A model generated the notes under the pieces. It did no database searches. It worked only from the letters and a program-made list of their open reading frames with translations, and was not told the origin of the DNA. A stretch of DNA of 64,000 nucleotides, taken from contig CM022669.1 of the NCBI GenBank assembly GCA_012295275.1, positions 17,670,001 to 17,734,000 of the forward strand. Reading direction: 5' to 3'. The translations under genes and the position numbers were made by a program. Positions 1 to 14,226 of this stretch are shown in pieces. Source of the stretch: Chrysomallon squamiferum (taxonomy: Eukaryota > Animalia > Mollusca). How positions within the stretch are numbered: the first letter of the stretch is position 1; each line of letters starts with the position of its first letter.

Positions 1-1040
1 TACGTATGGAGGAGGCACTGCCTAATAACTATTGTCTGCAACAAAATGTCTTGTTTCATCACAGGATGGCTGTCCCGTCAGAATATCAATAACAAATCAG
101 AGACTAGTGTGGTATTGAATTCCCTGAATGTCAAATGTCAAGCATCACCAACTAGTAGGTGTAGTCGTATTGATCTGTAGTGTCAGAGATGTCATTATCT
201 CTTACAGATGGAGATAAAATAGTAACTAGAGTTGACAGTTTAGACGAGAATTTAAAAAAAAAAAAAAAAATAAAAATTTACTTAACTAAAAAAAAAAAAT
301 ATTGAAAAAAAAAAAAAAATAATAATAATAATAATAATAATAATCACAATTAAAAGTTAGCTTAGTTACCTGAAAATGGATCAACATAAACTTCAGCTTC
401 ATTATATTTATATTATTATTTTTTTCAATACCAAAACAAAGTAAAAACATTTTCATGCAGCATGGTTATGATCAACATTCCTCAAATCCATTGTTGACAA
501 GGAAACATTCTACTAGTTTTATAATTAGATTACCTCATACAGATGTCTCCTGAGTTTATGATAATGATTTTTTTTTATCATTATTATTAAAATTTTCATC
601 AACATTATTGAGTTATCGGGCTGATTTTGAAGTTATTTGCCCAATTGGGTTCTTACGAGAAGGCTTCCAGATGTGTGCAAGTGCTTGCTTCTGTGGCCTG
701 CTGGAATTATTGTCATGGCTGTGTGCCAAGCAATTTTGGCTGTTCTTTAGAACTGCCTGGGTCTGAGCAGGTGATGACTGTTACAGTATCTTTCAGACAG
801 ATGCTTAGATTATGAACAGTGATAATTCTCATCATGCCTACTGTATTGTTTTAGCAGGCCTCTCTGCTAATCGCCGAAAGTCTTCATTTGTTTTCAATTT
901 ATTTTCATGCTAGTAATCAGGTTTCAGGTTTCAAAGCTGTGTGTGTCTGATGGTCTTGTTTGTTGATGATGGAAGATGATGCTAATTATTTATTTATTAT
1001 ATTCTTAATGTTTTAAATACTGTTTTTGAAACTGAAGGAT

Positions 1041-1075
<35 letters not shown>

Positions 1076-2459
1076 TTAACATATCTTATTTTTATTTAAT
1101 TTATTATTATTATTATTATTATTATTTAAATGTTTTAAGTTTCCATTTAATTTGCTTTGGTTAATGTTTTCATTGTGGGTTTTTTGTGGTAAATACATAC
1201 ATCACAATGTTTAAAACATAATTTGATAGATATACATACTTTTTTTATTTTTTTTTAAAGTTTCATTATTGTTGTTGTTGTTTGTTTTGTCATGTATAAC
1301 TCATGTCATTATACTCAACTTTAAACTAAGCAAGAGAAAAAATGAAATTTTCCATATGATAATTATAATATAATAATAATTATTTTAAAAATCCTTAGAA
1401 ACCTGCTATTGAACCTTTATTGAATTGCAATTAAATGTGTTTTCAGAAGCATCAGTTGCTGTTCAAATTTTTAAAAATAATATATAAATGATGCATTTTT
1501 TTTTTCCAAGAAAACCGAAATTTGGCAGAAAAGCTATAAAAACAAAATTGGAAATAATAATTTAGATCAAAAGGGTATTATTTGTGAGCAGTTTTTTTTT
1601 TTAAATATTTTTTTATACTTCAATAATTGACAGAAATTTAATTTGCTTTAAGCAAATTTAAACATTTGACTAATAAAGCTCACGTGAGTTTGTCACAGTT
1701 AGGTAATGACTAATAATAGATTTATGATTAAGTAATATTGAATTTAAATTAGTGTGAATAAGTTCAAATCGATTTTTTTATGCAGAACTAAAACCCATTA
1801 ATAATTCAGTATATGGTATATTGCAGATTCTAGTTTAATAAATATCCATCTTATTTTATTAAACATGTTATCTAGTTGTTATTTACCCATTATTTTAATA
1901 AGTATTTTCTAATACTGTTTATATTGTTTTAGTATTGATAATCCCCACAGTTTTCCAAGATTTAGTTATCCACAATTGTTTATGTTGTTTATAGTTAATT
2001 GTTAATATGGTTCTATTGATTTCTATTCCTCACTTTTTTCAAATATCTAGTTTTACCTACAACTGTTCTCAGCTAATTTTTATTGTTTTCACCATTTCTT
2101 TTAAAATAAAATTGTTTTGATGCACTGGATATGCTTCAAATAATTAATATACTCCTGTACATTACTAAGTATGTATTAAATTATTTATAAATGTTTTTTA
2201 TGGATCCCATTCCTATAAAATTTACCAACCAGGAATCACTGGGCAGTGTTCTTTTAAGAAAAATGTGTTCTTATTAATGTTTATCTGGTTATCATGGTGT
2301 TTAATATTTTCTGGTATCTCGCAACTTCCTGGCCAGCTTGGCAAGAACCAAGAGCTGACCGCATATTTCAAGTTGATAAACAGTTTAGAAAGAGGCAAGA
2401 AATGTTCTTTGTAAAATTAAGTATTATATGACATGATGTAGGCAAGCTGTTGAACGTGG

Positions 2460-2790
2460 CTTTAATTGGAAAGAATGTGATAAAAGTAATATTTTTATTT
2501 ACACCCACATCAAGGAATAAAATGTGACAGAAAATTCTAACAATTACATTCTTTATACCTGAGTCAAGGAAGGTAATGTAATAGAAATGTTAAAAGATAT
2601 ATTCTTTCTGTCTTTATCAGGGGAAAAAAAAAAAAAGCTGTATTCTTTGTATCTGAATAAGGGAATATAACGTGACAGAAAAGAACAAAAGTTATATTCT
2701 TTATGCCTAAATCAAGGAATATAATGTGACAGAAAACTATAAAAATCGTATTCTTTATACCCAAATCAAGGAATATAATGCAACAGCTGA
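2460..2790. repeat. Degenerate ~54-bp minisatellite (aaatcaaggaatataatgtgacagaaaa...tattctttatacc)
   Basis: About six diverged direct copies. Confidence 0.8.
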
Positions 2791-3090
2791 AGAAGATTAA
2801 TATGCTAAAGAAAATAACATGTTGACATTTATCACAAACTCTTTGTGTTTATGCTCTAGGATTCTTTTGTTACCTGTTTTGAATGTTACAAATGTTTTGG
2901 TTATTGATTTTTCTAAATATTCCTGTGTTTTATTTTGTCATTGATTACTGGGTATGATTGATGTTTTATTAAATATTCACAGAGATATCAAGACAATTGA
3001 CAGTAAACACCACTAAATGGTAAATGATGAATATTTTTTATTCAGTTAAACCCCAACACATTTTGTTGTTGATGGGTATCAGATATAAAA

Positions 3091-3123
<33 letters not shown>

Positions 3124-3285
3124 AAACAGTGAAAATGAAAACCTACAAACTGGCATGAGTAACATGAAAGCATTTACAATAACAGCCTTATTAGAAAGTA
3201 GGATGCAAAACCAAAATTTTATATTTCATTCTTTTTTTTTCTTTCTGTTTTGTAACACTATTTCTATGTTACAACAGCTTATATA

Positions 3286-3334
<49 letters not shown>

Positions 3335-4549
3335 GAGAGAGACAGAGACTTAGCACCTTCCATACATATTCATTCCCTTAGGTATTTTTGTATGTATGCT
3401 GCTCCTGAGTTACTTATCTATCAAAAGTGCATTTGTTGCTGGTTTTCTTGTGTTTGCTGATCTTGAAAACATCCTCATTGGTACTGCTTATAAAACATCT
3501 CTGTCCTTTATTTTTCTAAATCACAACATTTTGGCAGTAGATGTGAATTGTTGATACATTGCCCACTTAATATGTTGAAGAACAGCAGCATGAGTTGATG
3601 AAGTGTTTTCTATCAGGTGATTTCCACATATAAATAAATGATTTCTGGCATGGCATACCTATGATAGTTGTTACATTTAGCTGTAGAACAATGACTAAAC
3701 ACATACGATATATTCATTCTGCAAAAGTATATTTACAAACAAAATAAATTATCACCTTTCAGTATGTTTATGCATATTGTTCATGGAGCAACTGAAAAAG
3801 AGCAAGAGAGAGAAAAAAAAATGTTGATGATTTTGTGTGCAAAAAGAAAATTATTAATTTTTTATTATGATAAATATTTGTTTTGTTACTTGATTATTTG
3901 TGGTGTTAAGTGATAACCAAAATATCGAGCAAAAGAAGCATGGGGTAGTAACAATAAGCTTTGCGTGACATACTGCTGGTTATAAATAAGAAATTTGCAA
4001 CAACTGTGGCAACAACACTGCAAGAATAATAACAGTATGAATAATAAATAATAATTTTGCTTGTACATACACATATACTTGACGTTATCTGTCATCTGTG
4101 TGGTGTGGTCAATAAATTTGTAATTGCTACAAATCCATAAAAATACGGCAACCAGTCATTTTCATCATTTTATCTCCCAAGTCAATTTAGTTTCTATGAA
4201 TGCTACAATGCTTCTTTCAAAACATTTAATCAGCAAACATGACATTTGTTCTTGTGAACCGAATATTTTCCAGACATTGATTAGTCTGAAATAATTTTTA
4301 ACTAAAGGTTTCACTTTTAAGATGACCTCAAACAGATTTATTGGGCTGGTTGATTTGTCTGGACTTTTGTCTGTTTTACATAATTCAGCAATAGATTATG
4401 AGACTGTATTTAAGGGATATATCTAAACAGATTAATTTTAAAACAAAATTAAGAGCATGAGACGAAACTATGGGCTGGAATGGAAAAATTAAAAGTTGAT
4501 GCTAATATTATATTACTAGTATAATTCAGTAACATGCATTTAAACTGAT

Positions 4550-5050
4550 GGTTTGGAGTGGTTGTAAAATTATTTAGCAATGTTTGATCTGATTATTGAG
4601 TTACAGTAATAATATGCATTGATTAATAACTGGTTGCAAAATAATTCAGCATCAGTAGTTCAGTTGTATGGTTGCTGTGTTACATAATGCAAGTTGGTTA
4701 TGAAATAATTTAAGCATTATTTGGTCCAGTGTTGGGTTGGTATGCTGTCATAATTTAGTAACACTCATTCAGGAGCTGGCTTAGTGTAGCCATATACAAG
4801 ATTGGTTGTAAAATAATTTAGTATCACTGGTTCTGGTGTTGAGTTAGTGTGACCGTATACAAAATTGGTTTTAAAATAATTAGCACTTTTGGTTCAAATT
4901 ATGGGTTGGGATGGCCATATAAAATAATTAGTATCATTGCTTCTGATATTAGCTTGGAGTGGTCACACACAGACAGTCTGGTTGTAAGATCATTAGACTC
5001 ATTGGTTCAGATGTTAGGTTGGATAATGGTTTTAAATAATCTAGTACTTT
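4550..5050. repeat. Degenerate ~60-bp tandem repeat (tggttgtaaaataatttag...tggttc...gggttgg)
   Basis: Recurring tggttg/ttaaaataatttag core at roughly regular spacing. Confidence 0.65.
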
Positions 5051-7257
5051 GATCAGTGAGAGTGATTGTGAAAGGAACTGATATCTTTTGGCTGCTAAAC
5101 TAAAGATGAATAATTGATGTAAATGACATTAGATAACAGATAAGGGAAATCTATACAGCGTGAACTGTGCCAGCAATAGTGGTAGTTGTGAAATATATCT
5201 GGGAAGTGCAGGTCAGATTAACCTTTGTGTTTGAAAACAGCTAATGATATATGATGTATCTTTAAAGTGAAAGTAAAGAATAAATGAAAATTTGTTTAAT
5301 AATAACTTATGACAATTTTATTAAATTCATGAATAGTTACTTGATACCTCATCAATGATTTCATTTTATTATTATTATTATTATTATTATTTTTATTATT
5401 TTTAATTTTTATATAATTATATCTGAATATAGTTTATTATATTAAATAGCTGTTAATTAAAGCTCACTTAAACACTTAAAAAAAATAAAAATAAAAAATC
5501 ACATTCGGTATGCAAATGTAATAACATATATATGGGGAAATACACATTTTATCAAAATAAAGTTCACCAAAACAGATTAATAATAACTTAAATGCCTACA
5601 AGTATAATTACAGATAGTATTCAAACACATACATACACAAGTAATATTTTTAAAATGTGGTCTATTATATTCATTTTAATATTTTTCAGTTGTATATATG
5701 TTTTTTGCAGAATTAGCAGAATAGTTGGTTTGTTCATAACACAGATTATTTTTGAATGGTTTCAGACAGCTTCTCTGTTTGACCTACATACTAGATAATA
5801 ATGTAGCTTTATGGTGTATGTGTGACTGGCAAATTGTAATGTCATTTGTATGTGACCCCCATCTATCATCTGCAAACTGCTGTCACAATGTCAAGTGGGG
5901 AGTCTTGTGTGTGTATGTACTGATTCATTTAGGTACAAATATACATTTGTCTGATTTAACCCTAACACACACCATGGGCTCTTTACCGGTTTCAAGGCCA
6001 AACATGGACATCTTTCTCTTTATATACATCATAATTTACTTATTATTATTTCTGAATTAACATAATAATTATGGTTTCAGTGTATGTGTGTGTGTGTGTG
6101 GCCCCAACATTAAAATGTATGTCTATGTTATATGTGAAATAAAAAATAAAAATAAAAAATAAACACATGCGTGCAAATGAACGTGTGTGTGTTTGTGTAT
6201 CTGAGGTGTTGTTTACTGTTTTATTTATTTCAGGATTTTCTATTAACCCTTTATTGTATGGTAATGATGTAGCCAATGATTGTATATTGACATTGAACAT
6301 AAAAGTTGTATTATAATGATTGTAGACTTTTAGTAGAAAACTGATTTAGTGTGGCAATAATACACGTTACAGGCTCAGTTATTGATATGGGAAATGACTT
6401 AGTCCATTTATTACCTCAATCCACTGTGTGTTAGTATGTTGTCTTAATGTTTGCGTGGGTTTTTTTGTTTGTAAGATTATTTTTTTGTCAATTTGTGTGT
6501 GTGTAAGTGTGTGCATGCGTGTGTGGATACATACCACATGCAGACAGACAGAAAAGGAAAAAAAAACAAAAAAAAACCATGAGTTCTATACACCACACAT
6601 GAACAGTCTGTTCACAAAAGACAAAAAAACACAAATCTTTCAGTGGTTGACTAATAACTCTGTTGTGTGCTAAGGTGGCATCATGAACTAGGATGTTACT
6701 TGTGATAACCTGATCAGGCCACCCTGGTGGAACAAATGAATGTTCAGACATTAATGTTCTGAAGACCAGAAGTCTCTAGAAAGCCTGTTTGTTTGGTTCA
6801 TGAACTCTGACCTTCAGTAAATAAAACACCAAGCCAAACAAACTGTCTGTCAAACTCCTGACATCAAATCTAGACTCAGCTCAGTACTGAACAGATGTCG
6901 AATGAGACTAGATGGAGGAAACAGATAAATAAACCCTGTTTTGTCTCCTTTTAGCAAAGATTAGTTGTGAAGAGAGTTCTTTTATATGTAACTGTATGGT
7001 AATAGTAGTTAGGAGGTCTAGGGATTTCAATAAATAAGATATATTTAAGAGTAATTTATTTTTTTTTTTATTTTTTTTAAATTAAAAGATTTATTTTAGT
7101 TATATAATTTGGATTTATTTATGTTGCATAGATAATTAAATATATAATGTTATATACTTGTTCTATAATGAATACAGCACTTAATTTTGGAATTGGAAAA
7201 TATGTAATTCTGCTTTTCTTCTTATTTATTTATTTATTTATTTATTTATTAGTAGTA

Positions 7258-7293
<36 letters not shown>

Positions 7294-8427
7294 TTTTGCT
7301 TGTTTATGTTTTTCTGGGGGGTTTTCTGGGTTTTTAAAATTATTATTAGTATTTTTTTTTTTTTCATTAATTTATTATTTTGTTGTTGTGGTGGTTAGAT
7401 ATTACTACTTTGGTATATTGTAGGTTCATACAGTAGATACCACTAACTTATTATTTACAAACTTTTTTTTTTTTTTTTAAATCTCTTTGTACCAGTATGT
7501 TATTAATATTGTGTTTAACATAATTAAAGACAGAACTCATTACACTTTATAACATAATGAAAAACAGAATTTTGTCATGTCATAAACTAAATGTGTAAAC
7601 AAGAAACTAATAAACAAACAAAACAGTGACAGCTGGGAGTAAATGTCACCATCAAATGCACTTACTTCCAAAGGATCTCCTTAGTAATTAATGCATATTT
7701 ATGTGTGTATATGTGTGTTACTTAATTACATTTTATACACATTTGACTTATTAGTGGTAACCAGTATTTTCTAATAATAAAGTATGTTGAGAAAAAAAAA
7801 ATTCATGAAGGTAGCAGACAGTTTTATAATGTGATGCCATTTTAAAACCTTTGTCTTGTTTTGCTAGTTAGGCATGTAAATTTGAAACAACAAGCATTCT
7901 TTTTTATCTTTCATTAGACAAAGAATTTAATTTGTGTGTTGAATAGTTGAAATTGTTTCTATCTTATTTAACTTTTGTATGTGAAAGGTATTCTGTAACC
8001 TAGTCTGTGCAATACGTATAAATATCATTTAAGTGTGATTCAGCATTTCATAAAGTAGGAGTCGCTGTCTTGTAATTAGCTATATATTTCTAGTAATGTG
8101 GCGTAATTGAATCTGAATCTAATACTAGATCCATGGTGAATTGTAAAACATCTCTATAAATTTTCATGAGATCTTAATACAGTATCAGTGTGCATTGATT
8201 TTTCTATGATTTTGTGTCCATAATCAATGAATCTCGCATAAACATAATCCACTTCGACTTGCTTTGTTTGCACTTGTATCCATGCATTTCAGTGAAGCTG
8301 GTGTGTTTAAAAGTGTGTTATGAATTGAAGACTAAAACAAAAAAAGAAAAGAAGAAAGAAACTGTCAAATGAATTGTTTTTTCTTTTCTTCTTTTGCCAT
8401 TGTAATGAAGTATTAAAAAGAAAGAAA

Positions 8428-8460
8428 GCGCGCGCGCGCGCGCGCGTGTGTGTGTGTGTG
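8428..8460. repeat. (GC)9(GT)n alternating purine-pyrimidine microsatellite
   Basis: Direct reading. Confidence 0.95.
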
Positions 8461-9257
8461 AATGTTATATTTATTTATTTTTTGAATATTTCTTTCCATT
8501 TATAAAATGTCATCACAAAAATGAAAACCAAACCTCATTCAAACTTTTAAAAAAAACCTTAAAAATACAGTTACATTTAGGCCATTTGTACATTTTATTA
8601 TTTGCATTCCTTTAACTAAATCAGAATAAAAAATAATTTATGTTTGACTTCAACGTGTACTTTTGTCTGCATGTTCTGGTTTATATTTATTTGTTTATGT
8701 TTTATAATTCAGCCTATTTTGTCAGTATTGTTTAAATGTGTTGTCAGCTGTCACCAAATGGATTGTCTGGTATGTTATTGAAGTTGAAAATATGACACAT
8801 GTTTAAGATATTGCCCATGTTGTAAGAAATCGATGACCGAATGTTTACTTGTAACAGCTGAGGAATTTGCTTTTATCTTTTCACCTATTACTAGTTATGT
8901 GAAGAGAAAAAGTCATTTCATTCATATTTCCATGCATCCATCCATCCATCCATGCATACATACATACATACACAGCAAAGTCATTATGACATTGGCTCTA
9001 TTTCTTTGAAAGTTACATTATTATTTTACCTTTTATTTATTTATTTATTTATTTTTAATGGTAACTTCTAAAAGCTGTGGTTGAATCAGAAAACAAAATC
9101 CCTCTGTTAGAAATTATTACAATTATTCATCTCTCATATGTTGTTATCATCGATTCTGGTTAGTGAAACAGCAGTAGAAATACAAAACTAAAAAAAACCA
9201 AAAAAAAAACCCCTAAAAATAAAAAATAATAAATAATTAAAAAATTAAATAAAATTT

Positions 9258-9490
9258 AATGTAGACTAATAGTACCATCATTAATGTACAGTTCGTAATA
9301 AACAAGACTTACACTTATGCAGACCCAAATACTCTCACTAATTTACAATGATTTCAATGTAGACTTACAGTACCATCATTAATTTACAAAGTTTCTAATG
9401 TAGACTTGCACTACTACCATTAATCTACAGTTTGCAATGTAGACTTGGTATACCATCGTTAATTTACGAAGTGTGTAGTGTAGACTTTGC
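9258..9490. repeat. ~40-bp minisatellite (aatgtagactt...taccatcattaatttaca)
   Basis: Copies starting near 9258, 9356, 9397, 9436 and 9477. Confidence 0.8.
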
Positions 9491-9700
9491 TAGATTGTTT
9501 GGATTCTTCTCCTGATTGCTGTTTGCCCTTCTGGTGGCTTCCTGCTCAGCTTGCAAGGCTTGTGTTCTGATTACTGAGTCTGAGCATGAAGTGAAAGAAA
9601 TCAGTGGTTTTGTTTTTCAAATAACATGCTGTAGGTTAACAAGACATGTTATCAGATGTCAAACTCTCTTTGTGTGCAAAATTTCTATTTTTCTCTTTCT

Positions 9701-9736
<36 letters not shown>

Positions 9737-10406
9737 ATAAAATATTACTGATAAAATATTTCAAGCAAGAATCTATTTATTTTGTGTTATGTATTTTCTT
9801 TTCTTTTCTTTATTTATTTTTTTTTTATTTTTTTTTTTTTAGTTTTGCATTTTTTCTACTGCTGTTTCAGTGACCAGAAGCGCTGATAATAACATTTGTA
9901 TCTGACAGATGAATAATTGAAACAACTGGCATTAAAATAATATCTAATGGAGGGATTTTGTTTTCAGTGTCTACGTATGTCTTTAAGTATTACCAATATA
10001 AATAAATATATAAATAAATAAATAAATAAATAAAATAATGATATAATTCCTTTCGAAGAAAGAGAGTCAATGTCATAATGATCTTGCTGTGCAAAAGCAT
10101 TATTATTATATTAAGTAACAGAGAAGGAAACATTCTGTTAAGCTGTTATTCCACTGGTGTGGTCTTGCAACCAATCCAGCGTTAAGTTCAAGTCAACATT
10201 TTAATTCAATTAAGCATGTTTATAGATACAAACAAAGAGCTTAAAATGACTGGGCTGGAACCAATAGAAAACAGATTTGGGGGATGCTCAGTTTTGAAGT
10301 TATCAAAGTATATTCTAAAAAATAAGTAAAATAAAAGATATTCTTTTTGGGTTCAGTTTAACGTGATTGACATGATGCAGATGATTGTGATGCTGATGGA
10401 ACTATT

Positions 10407-10446
<40 letters not shown>

Positions 10447-12519
10447 TTCTGCTTTTTAAAATGTCTGGAGAGAAAAAAAAAACATGCTTGTAAAATTATA
10501 TCAAAATGCCTCAAAGATCAAATCTGATTCCCATCAGATTTCTCCATTAAATTACATTTTTATTATTAATATAAATCTGCATCACAGGTTTTTAAAAAAC
10601 TAACAGTATAAGATCATATATCCTGTCTTTGGCACCTTTTAATGGGGAGTAACAATCAGGACTTTAAAATCAGCTTACAGAAATATCCCTTGGCCTTTTC
10701 CTTCCTTTCCTTTTGACAGCTGATAATTAGATATTCTGAGTCCTTTTCATTATTTCCTAAAAAGAAAACAGAAAAAAAAAAAAAATCTGAATATCAGCTT
10801 ACTCTTTTAACAGCATCAAATATTTATTGATCATAAATTTCATTTTTCATGGTTATTTATTAATATTATTATTTTTTTTTTTTTACTTCCCATTCAACTG
10901 GCAGCAGTTGCAGCTCTTTCCAAAGCTTTTGCAGGCTTTGTGTAACAAATGTCTGTTTGATTATAGGCAAACACGTCCCTTAACTTTGGCTTTTATCAGA
11001 CATTGTGAGCCGCCGGGCCAGTCAGCTGGGGTGACATATCGATCCAAGGTTGTGCATTTAATATCAGGCGGGTTTTTATTGTGCCTGGGTCAGCTTACAC
11101 ACCGAACTGATACATTTCAGTGTTATGAATCATGTCGATCAATTAAGAGGTGTGAAACAGAAATCAACATATTAATTTGTCACTTTGTTTCTCTTCCTTG
11201 TGGCGACACGTGTCACAGTGTGAACATAGTATTGTTATGAATCATTTCATTTCCGCTTGTTTTTTGTATATATATATATATATGCGTGTGTAAATATTCA
11301 ACACATACATTAAAACACACACACACCCATGTGAATGAATGGATGCATAGGGCATGTGCAAACATAAACATGCACTTAAGTAAATACACAAATGAACAAA
11401 GACTTAAATATATGTGTGTGAGTGTGTCTGTATCTGTATTTGCACAAGTGCACACACACACTCACACACATGCATGCATGAAGACAGAATAATATACTGA
11501 TGTGTATAATGCTGTTTGCATTCCACATTTAGTTTAATCAGAATGTCAGAACAGAGATGATTAGGGAATTCCAGTCTAATTACTTTTACACAGTTGTTAG
11601 TGAAGTGTTGTGCCAGGACTTATTACCAATTTCCATTTTCCTTGATTACCATGTTTGTCCCTGCTGCTTGTTATTTCTTACACATATATTAGTGTTATAG
11701 ATATGTTTGTTTTATAGTGTGAAATAAAACTACTACAACAGCATCAACAACAGCAATAATAATAGTAATAAACCAAAATTAATCAAACTATATATATATA
11801 TTTAAAAAGTACAAATAATAATAGATATGTAATTATGATAACACAACAGCAATAAAATTAATAATAAACCAAAGATTAATAAAACTATTTTAAAAATAAT
11901 AATAATAAAAAATAAAAATAAAAAATATAATAATACACAGTTCAGGACTCGAGCAGATGTGCAGAACGTGTACATATTCATGACACTTATGTAAGAAGAT
12001 GTAATTTTACTCTATGCATATTCAGAACATGAAACCCTACCTTTATATATTTACTAAGCACTGGTCAAATTCACATAGATCAAAGTACAGCATTATAATA
12101 TACTGTATGCTAAACTATAAGAATGTGTGGTACTCTATACATTCATTTCTTTAAAATATTTTTGCATCATGGTTTGTCAAAACTTCAGATACCAACCAAC
12201 ACAGAAAAAAAGTAGGCAAAAAATTGACAAAAATTAACAGTATAAAACACAAACTTGATAATTTTTATTAGTAAATAATCAGTAGTATAAATCAGAACAC
12301 TCCCTAATATAAAATACATTGTATGCATCAGCTTGCAGTGTATATAAAAAGAAAGAGAAAATGTTATCAATTCCTCACAGATGAGAGAATGATGGTTATG
12401 ATAACTCATGTCTGTGACAGATTATATATGGATTTATTAATACATTCATGAAATTGCAAAGACTTGACTCACGTATTCCTTTGACTATAATGGTTACCCG
12501 CATCATTCTTGTCAGAACT

Positions 12520-12775
12520 TCATAAATAAGATTAACAGTGTTTCTTGTGAATATGCATTAAAAATTAATAAGTTTCTGTAAAGAATATGCAAATAAGATT
12601 AAGCAGACACCTAATGAATGTGCAAATAAGATTAATGAAGCTCCTAATGAATGTGTACATAAATTTAACCAGACTCCTAAAGAATATGCAAATATTATTA
12701 ATGAGGCTAGCTAGTGAATATGCAAATACGGTTAATGATGTTGCTAATGAATATGTAAATGAAGTCGGGTTAATG
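12520..12775. repeat. 33-34-bp tandem array with octamer core (gaatATGCAAATaagattaa)
   Basis: Cores at 12553, 12587, 12620, 12653, 12686, 12720 and 12753. Confidence 0.85.
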
Positions 12776-13363
12776 TGAGGTTTATATATTCAGTCTGTCA
12801 CTTGTGTCAGAAAGTTAATAAAACAAATGTATTATTATTCATAAGCAGTTAGCTAAATCCACACTCTTGGTGAAAGTGAATGAATAAATATTAACTGTTA
12901 CCATGGATTTTCATTAGCCATTCAGTGCAAATAGCTGGAATGGAAAAATATGAAGCATTTATTGTAATTCTTAAATAAAGTTAACCTCTTCTTCTTCTTT
13001 TCTTTTTTTTATAAAGATTATATTTGCAGTCTTTAAATTATTTTTCACCAGATCATTTCATTATTTTTGGACCTCCCAAGTTCTTACAGGGACCAGGGAT
13101 AGTATGTAGATGAATTTTGTTTTCCCCTCTGTGTGTCAATACTGTGGTGGTAGCCCTGGTTCACTGGAGTTACTACAACAGAATATCTGATGTGTCGTAA
13201 TATATTTTCACAGTCTAGAAAAACACCTGAATATCATTTAACTTTTACCATAATTCAATTTTTACCATCAAATGATGACGTCGTTTTAGTAGTGACGAAG
13301 TTAGTATTATTATTATTATTATTATTATGTTTTTAATACTAAATTTGTGTTTGTATCTTTCAG

Positions 13364-13462
13364 GATTCCAATGCTGGGATGAAGAAGTGACAGGAATTGA
13401 CATCAATGATGAACTGTCTCAGATTGCTAACAGGGCCGCACTTGGAAGTGAGGGACCCAATG
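13364..13462 (+). CDS. futsch: MAP1/Futsch internal coding exon (99 nt, phase 1/1)
   Basis: tttcag|GATTCCAATGCTGG...CCCAATG|gtgagt; encodes GFQCWDEEVTGIDINDELSQIANRAALGSEGPNG, matching the Futsch GFLSWD..VDLEEEL..EGEE..G segment; missed by the ORF track. Confidence 0.9.
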
Positions 13463-13769
13463 GTGAGTTTTATTATCATCACTTTCAAACAGTATAAACC
13501 TCTTTTTTTTTTTTTTAAATGGTAGAAAAATATATTCTTTATCATGTATCATAAAATAAATTCAAAATTGTGCAAGCTTGATGTTTTATGTCAGTTAATA
13601 TACACCAATAGCAGCAATAAGAAAACAAATTTAATAAGTTAAAAATAAAATTTAAAAAAAATGGAATAAAAAAACCTAAGAAATTTGTTACAAACTTTCA
13701 AAAATCACTTTCAGATTGTAAAGTTTTGACATTTTTTACCATTTATAAACATTAAAAACAGCAACAACA

Positions 13770-13821
<52 letters not shown>

Positions 13822-14187
13822 CGTTAAAAAGATATTTATTATACATCATATCATATAATTTTAATTTTCTCCAGCTGTAAACATTAACAACTATAACAAA
13901 ATTTAATATTAAAAAACCCCAAAAACAAAAAACAAAAACTTTTCACTGTTTTCTAGTTTCATCTGTGATAGGAAAATAACCAAAAACAAACATAAGTGAA
14001 CATAAAATAAAGATCTTTCAGTTAGTTTAAACATTAAGAAGATTTTAAATATATTTTTATCAGCAATATTACTTAGCATTTATATATGGCTAAGATAATG
14101 TCTACAATTATAATTTAAAAAATTATAGACATTTATGGGAAAATTCAACTATAAACATTTTTGCAAAAATTATTAATAATAATAAAC

Positions 14188-14226
<39 letters not shown>

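Noticed and set aside
2460-12775. Regularly spaced repeats resembling CRISPR arrays (2460-2790, 9258-9490, 12520-12775)
   Set aside because: Eukaryotic intron; whole units are homologous (no unique spacers) and there are no cas genes, so these are minisatellites
1-13363. Search for the first MAP1/Futsch coding exon (LLIVxGEP...K|G) and the short ORFs in this region
   Set aside because: No exon with that motif and a phase-1 donor was found; the ORFs are poly-F/I/low-complexity products of AT-rich intron
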